A stretch of 32,000 nt of DNA from Nostoc punctiforme PCC 73102 (lineage in GTDB: Bacteria > Cyanobacteriota > Cyanobacteriia > Cyanobacteriales > Nostocaceae), in contig NC_010628.1 of the NCBI RefSeq assembly GCF_000020025.1, positions 4,230,001-4,262,000 of the forward strand. The letters are read 5' to 3'. A program made the translations under genes and the position numbers. Positions within the stretch are counted from its first letter, which is position 1. Every line of letters begins with the position of its first letter. The notes beneath the pieces are model-generated. The model was not told the DNA's origin and ran no database searches. It saw only the letters and a list, made by a program, of their open reading frames with translations. Positions 8,250 to 15,308 of this stretch are shown here, in pieces.

Positions 8250-8287
8250 CCAGAATTTTAAACTGTTATGGTCGCAATCCAGGTTCC

Positions 8288-8620
8288 CTAAAGTGTGTCA
8301 TCTACCCGGATAACTCCATACATAAGTTGGTAGGGTGGCCATACAACTCCATATAATGGTTGGATTCTTGGTTTCCCAGTTAATCCACCAAAAACTGCTG
8401 CTAGTTCTTTTTCACTTAAATCTTTGAGTTCACCTTCACCATCGGCAGATTCTAACAATTGAGCGGTATATTCTTCATACTCTTCTAGAGTGAAATCGTA
8501 GCCGGCAGCTTTAACTATTTGGCTACATTCTTCCTTACTATTAACGCCTTGAATTTGATTACTAAACGCTTCATCATTTGCCAGCTTTTGATAAAAAGCT
8601 TTGACGTGTTCTAGAGACAT
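8288..8620 (-). CDS. Nif11-like-leader RiPP precursor with double-glycine cleavage motif
   Basis: 110 aa. The N-terminus MSLEHVKAFYQKLANDEAFSNQIQGVNSKEECSQIVKAAGYDFTLEEYEEY fits the Nif11 leader family. LSEKELAAVFGG is a textbook LSxxELxxIxGG. The core is LTGKPRIQPLYGVVWPPYQLMYGVIRVDDTL. AAGGAG lies upstream. Confidence 0.85.
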   Translation of the reverse strand: MSLEHVKAFYQKLANDEAFSNQIQGVNSKEECSQIVKAAGYDFTLEEYEEYTAQLLESADGEGELKDLSEKELAAVFGGLTGKPRIQPLYGVVWPPYQLMYGVIRVDDTL

Positions 8621-8676
8621 AATTTTCTGCTCCTTGAATTACTTAACAGTTGGTAATTATATTAGAATATTGAACC

Positions 8677-9114
8677 TTAGCCGGCAGCGAGGTTTGACAC
8701 TTCAATGGTTACTTCAGACGGATTGTAGTTATCTGTAATTACTTGCGGACAACGCATACAAGCTGCTTTGCCTTCTTGGTTCCACCACCGACAATCTCGG
8801 CGGATAGAACAAGGAGGCAATTCCTCTGCAACTACGGTTAATTTTCCGGCAATTTGCTTCGCTAGACGACAATCTTCTCCATCAAAATGCAGACAAGCTT
8901 TAGTGGCACAAGGTGCTGCTGTGCGAAAAATTTCAGCAGGTGTAACTGGACTAGCTTTTGCTATCAGTTCATCGGTGATAGGTATGGGTTGCTTGAGATA
9001 AGTTACACGTGGTTCTGCAACTGTTCCACTGATTATGCCGAAAACAACACTATTTTCAGATTCTGGCCTAGCACTGGGGCAAAGTGTAGTTTTATCCACA
9101 ACAATGTCTTCCAT
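8677..9114 (-). CDS. Cys-rich hypothetical protein (145 aa) between two precursor genes
   Basis: It has nine Cys, including APCATKACLHFDGEDCRLA and PPCSIRRDCRWWNQEGKAACMRCP. There is no signal peptide and I recognise no family. Confidence 0.55.
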   Translation of the reverse strand: MEDIVVDKTTLCPSARPESENSVVFGIISGTVAEPRVTYLKQPIPITDELIAKASPVTPAEIFRTAAPCATKACLHFDGEDCRLAKQIAGKLTVVAEELPPCSIRRDCRWWNQEGKAACMRCPQVITDNYNPSEVTIEVSNLAAG

Positions 9115-9258
9115 TAATTGAGCCTCCAGCAGAGAAAGCCTTTATAAATACGAGCTTTCAGTCGAATTGGGATATACCATTCTTAAATCATTCGTGAAAA
9201 ATTATATCCCCGACTTTTTTACGAAATGAGGGATTTTGATACCACAAATTTTCACAAA

Positions 9259-9504
9259 TCAGATAGAATTGTCAACTGCTACGAGTCCTATAGTAATAGG
9301 AGGAATAAAAATCTTACCAAGTATTATGGGAACCAATTTTGATTCTCCACCTGAAACGCTTTTTGCTTCCTCATCAGACATAGATAACAAAGCTTCTTCT
9401 GAATCCAAAACTTCGTTTCGACGTGTGACGGCATTTTTCACAGCATCATCAATCAAATCGTTAACTTCAATTTGACTGTGATACTTTCTTTCTTTAGCTT
9501 CCAT
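9259..9504 (-). CDS. Double-glycine-leader precursor (family C), hydrophobic Pro/Ile-rich core
   Basis: 81 aa. The leader ends LSMSDEEAKSVSGG and the core is ESKLVPIILGKIFIPPITIGLVAVDNSI. GAGGGAAA lies upstream. I prefer this minus-strand reading to the antisense ORF 9236-9475 because of the GG-leader architecture. Confidence 0.6.
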   Translation of the reverse strand: MEAKERKYHSQIEVNDLIDDAVKNAVTRRNEVLDSEEALLSMSDEEAKSVSGGESKLVPIILGKIFIPPITIGLVAVDNSI

Positions 9505-9899
9505 GTTGATTTCCCTCTGATTTTTTAACTATTTTTAGGCAATTGCAATTATTATATTTATCAGTGTAATTGCCTAGGATTTACTCATATTAGTAAATAA
9601 TAAAGCTAATTACTTGATTTTTTACAACTTTAAATTAGACAGAAATAAAACTTTTATGTCACTAAAAAACGATAATCTTTGCTTTGAGTTATCCATCTTT
9701 TTATATATGGGCATATACAAAAGTGTTGAATGTTAAGAAAAATCCGATAAAAATAGCCCAAAATATGACAGGTGAATTCTAGCTCCCGTGTTGAATTTGA
9801 GAGAGCCGCCGCCAACACAGAAACCATGTATCGATCATTTATAGCTGTTCTGCGTGACTTTTGGCGAATACTGCGACGAAAAGATGTTTCTCGTTCTAA

Positions 9900-10811
9900 G
9901 AGGTTGTTTGAAAAGTTCCCAGTTGATTAAAAAAAGCTCTCAGGGCATAAGCTGTAGATACGTATATACAGCACCATTGAGAGCGATGAGTAAAGCATAC
10001 TCTAGTAACCTGACCCAAAGTCAATTCGAGTTAATTGAACCGCTGATCCCTGTGGCTAAATCTGGTGGTCGTCCACGAGAAGTAGAAATCTGGGCAGTGC
10101 TAAACGCCATTTTTTATGTACTGGTTCAAGGCTGCAAGTGGCGAGACCTACCTGAGAATTTCCCGGCATGGCAGACGGTGTATACATATTTCCGTAATTG
10201 GCGTATTGATGGGACGTGGATAGAAATCCATGATCGTCTACGGGCATGGACAAGAGCGGATCATGAGCGATTGCCAAGTCCCTCTGAAGCCATAGTGGAC
10301 AGCCAAAGCGTTGAAACAGCAACTATGATTCATCAAGCCGTCGGCTACGACGCTGCCAAGAAGATCAAGGGACGCAAACGGCATATGACTGTCGATACAT
10401 TGGGTTTGGTGTTGCGCGTACTGGTGACTGCTGCTAATGTACCTGAGCGAGAAGGCGGCAAACAAGTCTTACTAAAAGTTCAACAGATGGGGAGTATGGT
10501 ATCTCGGCTGAACACGGTTTGGGTTGATGGCGGTAGGAACAGCGAGCCATTTATGCGTTGGCTCATGGATTTTTGTCGTTGGATTGTGCAAGTGGTGTTG
10601 CGACCTCAACACCACAAGAAATTTGTTTTGCTTACGAAACGCCCTTGTGGTTGAGCGTACTTTCGGTTGGCTCAACTGGTACCGCCGACTTAGCAAAGAA
10701 TATGAGCAATTACCCGAAACAACTGAGACTTTCATTTACCTTGCTATGATTCGGCTTATGCTCAGACGACTTGCATAATTTTTTACTGGCTTTCACTTTT
10801 CAAACAACCTC
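9900..10811 (+). mobile_element. IS5-family insertion sequence (912 bp) with 17-bp perfect terminal IRs and a TAA target duplication
   Basis: GAGGTTGTTTGAAAAGT (9900-9916) is the exact reverse complement of 10795-10811. TAA flanks both ends (9897-9899 and 10812-10814). Confidence 0.85.
9986..10778 (+). pseudogene. IS5-family DDE transposase, frameshifted near 10640
   Basis: MSKAYSSNLTQSQFELIEPLIP...GRPREV...KWRDLP...AIVDSQSVET...KGRKRHMTVDTLG is typical of IS5 transposases. The C-terminal [22 protein letters not shown] continues in another frame (ORF 10524-10778), consistent with a 1-nt indel in the cgccc run. Confidence 0.8.
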
Positions 10812-10863
10812 TAAGGCATTGAGGGCAATGCGACGTAGTAAAGCAAAGTTTTGTATCGACATT

Positions 10864-11095
10864 CAACATTTCTGGGACATATACTAGTACCGCAAGGCGG
10901 AAGTCAAAAGTCAAAATCCAAAAGTTAAAAGTTAAAAGTTTTATGGAATAAGCTCTTTAGGGATTTTCAATGATTGCTCTATTTACGCCGCCTTGTACTA
11001 GTTACTCAAGCTGTCAAATCTTTCCGACTAATTCAAATTAGATATCTCAGGCAATTTTGACTATTAACTAAAATATTTATGTCCCGAAAATGTTG
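10864..11095. repeat. MITE-like element with nested inverted repeats
   Basis: The outer IR is CAACATTTCTGGGACATA (10864-10881) against TATGTCCCGAAAATGTTG (11078-11095). The inner IR is ACTAGTACCGCAAGGCGG (10883-10900) against CCGCCTTGTACTAGT (10988-11002). There is no ORF inside. Confidence 0.4.
10903..10937. repeat. Heptamer tandem repeat (5 units), STRR-like
   Basis: The units are GTCAAAA GTCAAAA TCCAAAA GTTAAAA GTTAAAA. Confidence 0.6.
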
Positions 11096-11744
11096 CCAAT
11101 TTATATATCATGTCCGCTTGAGCAGAAAAAACAAGCTTATTGATACTATAAATTACACGCTACCAAACCAATTTTTTCCACAACTCAACCCAACAAATTG
11201 AGCAAATATAAGCATTTGGGTAAGGCTGGAAGCCCTGCTCATATTGATGCTGTCCTCTCCGTCGCTAGAAGAACTCAAATCGATCACTTAACTTCCTGCA
11301 TCGACTCTCTTCATCAAAATTGGGTGGACTTGTACGATAGCCTCAAAGAGAAAAAGTAAGTCGAATTATCCGTTTTTTCGCCAACATGTGCCAAAAATGA
11401 TATCAACTCTGATATCAATGCCCGACCAGAGTAAGCGTTCACCACCGTAGATGGGCGGTTACGCCATCGCGCTGACGTGGGGAGCGCCAAAGCGCAGCTA
11501 TTCCAAAGGTAGTGCTAAAAATCAGCCAAAGTCGCCACTATAAGGAGTAACCCCCAAGCCTTGTACAGAGAAAGGATAGATATTTGCCAAACTTATCAAT
11601 GGGGGTGAAATTGGGATTTTCAGGGGTGTGAATGATAAGCGTGACTTAACTGAAGTAATTTTCGGGGTGGTTATTCACGACAGAATCAGGGTTTGGGACG
11701 ATGAGAACTGTTGGTATTTAGCGGCTTAATACGAACAGTAGAGA

Positions 11745-12335
11745 TTGGTAAAAATGCTGGTACGTCGTAAGAATGAGGATTACAGGTCACGGGAATATCT
11801 TACAGTACGTGAGGTAAATAGCATTCTACGAGGGGCAAAAGTTTACGGGCGGTACAAGGTGAGGAACTATGCCTTGGTACTGTTAATATTTCGCCACGGG
11901 CTGCGGGTGTCGGAGGCTTGCGATTTGCGATGGGATGCGATTTCATTTCTGGATGAGGAGATTTTTATCACGCGCAAAAAAGGGAGTGATAGCGGGGTTC
12001 ATCCGTTGCCTGTGGATGAAATCGAGGCATTGAAACAATTAAAGGAATTAAATATTGGTGGCAATTACGTTTTTATTGGGGAAAGGGGGGAGAGGTTAAC
12101 CCCGGCTGCGGTACAAAGATTGTTGACCAGGTTGGGGGAAGTCGCAGAATTAAACATTAAAATCCACCCGCACCAGTTACGCCATGCTTGCGGTTACTAC
12201 CTTGTGAATGAGGGGCATAGTACTAGATTTATTCAGGAATTTTTAGGACATAGAGATATACGCCACACCGAAAAATATACCAAAGTAAATTCCAAACGTT
12301 TTTCTGGTATCAAGTGGAACACAATTGATGAGTAA
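11745..12335 (+). CDS. Small tyrosine recombinase (FimB/FimE-size, phage-integrase family)
   Basis: 196 aa. It has GLRVSEACDLRW (the Arg I region) and HPHQLRHACGYYLVNEGHSTRFIQEFLGHRDIRHTEKYT (the HxxR ... H ... Y catalytic box), closely resembling the FimB/FimE C-terminus. An ATG alternative start lies at 11754. Confidence 0.85.
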   Translation: MVKMLVRRKNEDYRSREYLTVREVNSILRGAKVYGRYKVRNYALVLLIFRHGLRVSEACDLRWDAISFLDEEIFITRKKGSDSGVHPLPVDEIEALKQLKELNIGGNYVFIGERGERLTPAAVQRLLTRLGEVAELNIKIHPHQLRHACGYYLVNEGHSTRFIQEFLGHRDIRHTEKYTKVNSKRFSGIKWNTIDE

Positions 12336-12407
12336 TGAAATTAACTGATAATCGCATCTCTATTCAATGCGTTTTGATTGGGGTGAGGTGATGTCCACGT
12401 CTCTGCG

Positions 12408-12626
12408 GTGCGAAAGCTGATTGGGCGATTGGCAGCACAGGCTGGGCTTGATATCAAAGTTCACTGTCACATGATGCGCCATGCCTGCGGTTACTATCTG
12501 GTGAATCACGGTTACAACACTAGGGAAATTCAAGACTTCCTGGGACACCGTGATATCAAACACACTGAAAAATATACCTTGCTGAATGCTCGACGCTTCC
12601 TGAATTTTGATTGGGGTGATTTGTAA
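12408..12626 (+). pseudogene. C-terminal fragment of a second tyrosine recombinase
   Basis: RKLIGRLAAQAGLDIKVHCHMMRHACGYYLVNHGYNTREIQDFLGHRDIKHTEKYT parallels residues about 123-185 of the neighbouring recombinase. The N-terminal two thirds are missing. Confidence 0.75.
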
Positions 12627-12932
12627 AATTTTAACTGTAGTCGCACGCAATTCATCGCCACAAAACTAGTCAGTAAATCTTTTATTTGAGCGATATACCC
12701 CCCGTATAATATTCAACAAACTTCTTCTATCTAGAGAAGTAATTTGTTAGCTAAAAAAGAATTATACAGATTTGTAGAGTATATTCTACAGATTGATTTG
12801 TTTGACTAAATTTTCTTATATAAATTTCTTAGCAAATAATTGTCCGAGGAATTCAGTAATCAAAGGAGATACAAATCTTTTTGATGCTGATGACCAAGCA
12901 GCTAGAGGATAAAGATATTTTGTCTGTGAACG

Positions 12933-13309
12933 ATGGATGGTGTTATTAAACGTATATTGATTTGTGATGATGTGGCTGATAACTCAATTCTTATGAAAAC
13001 GATTCTAGAAGCAGAGTCATGCCAGATTGAAATTGTTGATTCGGGAGCAGAGGTGCTAGCCTTTCTTGAAACAAACCTAACCCAACTGACCTGCTAATAC
13101 TAGATGTTCAGATGCGTTTAATGGATGGATTTGAAGTTGTTAGACGCATCCGACAATCGACTAAATTTAAATTTATTCCTATTTTGTTGGTGACAGGTAT
13201 CGCTGAAGATGATGCTCAGAAGGCTCTTGATATAAAGATTGATGGATTTATCCAAAAGCCTATTGATTGTGATGCAGTAATCGCTCAGGTCCGAGCAATT
13301 TTAGACTAA
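12933..13309 (+). pseudogene. CheY-like response-regulator receiver domain, frameshifted
   Basis: Frame 1 reads MDGVIKRILICDDVADNSILMKTILEAESCQIEIVDSGAEVLAFLE and then stops. A second frame, open from 13070, reads KPNPTDLLILDVQMRLMDGFEVVRRIRQ...PILLVTG...KPID. Together they form a complete receiver (DD ... D ... T ... K). The indel is near 13066-13075. Confidence 0.7.
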
Positions 13310-13389
13310 AATTGAGAAAAGGATTTTAAAATTAAGAGGTGATTGGAGTTGATCCATAATAGTAAAGATGGGTAGGAGAAAGACTGTTT

Positions 13390-13641
13390 ATGAATAATGT
13401 TTCCAAAGATTTAGAAGCTCTAGAAGAAATTTTTATAGCTATAGAAGTTCCTGACTTGAATGATGTAGTAATCCTTCAAGGGTCAGCAATTGTTGATTTA
13501 GCCGAATTTCAATTAACACCTCAAGAAACTATGAAGTTTAAAAAAATATTTGAAAAAGTGAATACCAAACTTGCAGAGTCATTATATGAACAGTTTCCTG
13601 CTAGTTCAATTATCTCTGAGATTCGAGTAAAATCGCAGTGA
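13390..13641 (+). CDS. Hypothetical protein (83 aa)
   Basis: ORF only, with GGAGAA upstream. I recognise no motif. Confidence 0.35.
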   Translation: MNNVSKDLEALEEIFIAIEVPDLNDVVILQGSAIVDLAEFQLTPQETMKFKKIFEKVNTKLAESLYEQFPASSIISEIRVKSQ

Positions 13642-13832
13642 TTCGGCATTTTTCAGTCCATGTCAGGATTTGGAAACTTCAGAACAAGGTCCTATTTACA
13701 AAGATAATCAAGTGAATAATTGTCAAACTAAGTGATTCTGATTCCAAAACGGGTATTTTAATACTAAATGTAGATGTAAATGTAAAAGCAACGTGAAATA
13801 AATAAGTCTAGATTTGTACTAAGAAGATTTTT

Positions 13833-14096
13833 TTGAATATGGATAACGACAATCAGATAGACAATAACAATTTTATCTACCAGCGCTATCGATATCTTGG
13901 AAAGTACACGCCTCAAAAATTTTTATTCAATGCTAATCTTCAAGAATTTTCTGAACGTGTCTGTCATCTCTCTAATCTACAGACTTCGGGGAAAATTTCT
14001 TCACAGAAATGCTATGAGGAAATTGAGTTACTCTGGCATCAGTTAACACAGAGCTTTAAGGCGCTAATAAGTGATGAGTTTGACGTAACTGAATAA
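13833..14096 (+). CDS. Hypothetical protein (87 aa)
   Basis: ORF only. It vaguely resembles small conserved cyanobacterial proteins. No motif-level support. Confidence 0.35.
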   Translation: MNMDNDNQIDNNNFIYQRYRYLGKYTPQKFLFNANLQEFSERVCHLSNLQTSGKISSQKCYEEIELLWHQLTQSFKALISDEFDVTE

Positions 14097-14276
14097 TTGT
14101 TACACTTGATTACTCCTGGTTTGCTAGTATTCTTTTAAACAAAAAGTTTTAGGTACTGAAACATACACAAGAAAATTTGCATAGTTCTGGGCTGATTCTG
14201 ATGACTTTTCCACATTGTCAACAATGTATACAAAGTGGTAAATTTACTGTGTACGCTGTTGACAAAGTGGAAAGAT

Positions 14277-15053
14277 ATGGGGAAAAAAACCAAGGAATCG
14301 CCTATTGTAAGCTTCCGTGTGCCACATTCGGTTGTCGAAAAGTTAATTACAGAAGGCAGATTGAAGCCTAACCATATAAAGTCAGAGTTATCCAACCTAA
14401 TCAAAAATGACTGGTTAGCCTCTGTTGATGCTGGTGTAGAACCAACCGTGAGTGTAAATACTGTTTATGAGCAACTAGCAAAAATAGATAGAGTTCTAGA
14501 AATACTTGAGGACAATAAACCGAATGGCGTTATTGATGACAATGTAGACAGTGTTGACAAAATTAGCATCCCTGAAAGCGTAGACTCAATCTCGCCAGAT
14601 AATCAGCTTGTAGAGGTTGCCAATAGTAATGTACATCTCGTAGAGGAAATAAATGGGGATAATAAACCGAATGGCGTTGTTGATGCCAATGTAGACAGTG
14701 TTGACAAAATTAGCATCCCTGAAAGCGTAGACTCAATCTCGCCAGATAATCAGCTTGTAGAGGTTGCCAACAGTAATGTACATCCCGTAGAGGAAATAAA
14801 TGGGGATAATAAACCGAATGGCGTTGTTGATGAAAACAGTATTGAGTCATTGAATTTGAAAAGAAATACTTATACGGCGCTTAAAGATGCAAAAGTTAAC
14901 ACAATAGAAGATTTAAATAAATATGGTGTCACAGGCTTGCGAACACTGAAAAATCTGGGAAATAAATCTGTATCTCAGATAGTTGAAGCATTGCTCTTCC
15001 GAGGGATTGAGTTACCAGAGTTACCAGACCCGGAACACACGCCTTCTCTCTGA
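14277..15053 (+). CDS. Modular protein: RHH-like N-terminus, 49-aa tandem repeats, RpoA alpha-CTD-like helix-hairpin-helix tail
   Basis: The likely start is MGKKTKESPIVSFRVPHSVVEKL (the track ORF begins at 14235). It contains 2.2 copies of a 49-aa repeat. The C-terminal LNLKRNTYTALKDAKVNTIEDLNKYGVTGLRTLKNLGNKSVSQIVEALLFRGIEL resembles the RNA polymerase alpha C-terminal domain consensus (L.LS.R..N.LK.agI.tv.dL......eL....N.G.KS..Ei...L...Gl.L). Confidence 0.55.
   Translation: MGKKTKESPIVSFRVPHSVVEKLITEGRLKPNHIKSELSNLIKNDWLASVDAGVEPTVSVNTVYEQLAKIDRVLEILEDNKPNGVIDDNVDSVDKISIPESVDSISPDNQLVEVANSNVHLVEEINGDNKPNGVVDANVDSVDKISIPESVDSISPDNQLVEVANSNVHPVEEINGDNKPNGVVDENSIESLNLKRNTYTALKDAKVNTIEDLNKYGVTGLRTLKNLGNKSVSQIVEALLFRGIELPELPDPEHTPSL
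14514..14832 (+). repeat. 147-bp tandem repeat, 2.2 copies, inside the CDS
   Basis: Units start at 14514, 14661 and 14808 (AATAAACCGAATGGCG...). Units 1 and 2 differ at 4 of 147 positions. Confidence 0.9.
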
Positions 15054-15308
15054 GCAGTAATTCCGAAAGCTACGCGCTAGGACTTGATGAGCCGTTTTCA
15101 ATATCGCAGTGTCAAAAACGTTGTAGTCTGTGGGCGGTGATGTCGGCAAATAGTAGATTGGGTGTAAGGAGGGTAAGAGTTTAAGGGTGTAAGGGTTTTG
15201 AACATTTACGCCTCCACACCTCATTCGGCTGACGCTCACGGCACAAGCCTATACTCTTATAGCCCTCGTCATCCAAAATACTGATTTTCTATCACTGCAT
15301 TAGTCCTA

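Noticed and set aside
8768-9117. Plus-strand ORFs 8768-9001 and 8887-9117
   Set aside because: They are antisense to the Cys-rich CDS, which fits the operon orientation.
9236-9475. 79-aa plus-strand ORF opposite the family C precursor
   Set aside because: The minus-strand reading has a GG-leader/core architecture, a Shine-Dalgarno-like motif and the operon orientation. The plus-strand reading has none of these.
10056-10749. Several ORFs inside the IS5 element (10056-10322-, 10238-10465-, 10472-10735-, 10558-10749+)
   Set aside because: They are antisense or alternative frames of the transposase. Only 9986-10654 and 10524-10778 carry IS5 motifs.
11144-11359. 72-codon open frame ending ...GSPAHIDAVLSVARRTQIDHLTSCIDSLHQNWVDLYDSLKEKK*
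   Set aside because: It contains no start codon (no Met) and I recognise no family. It may be a 3' gene remnant, but I cannot support it.
12360-12650. 96-aa minus-strand ORF
   Set aside because: It is antisense to the recombinase fragment, whose plus-strand translation has the catalytic-box motifs.
14135-14404. ORFs 14135-14404(-) and 14177-14371(+)
   Set aside because: They overlap the promoter and 5' region of the repeat-protein gene and have implausible translations.
15021-15239. 72-aa minus-strand ORF in the intergenic region
   Set aside because: It has no ribosome-binding site or motif and overlaps the end of the upstream CDS. It is likely non-coding.
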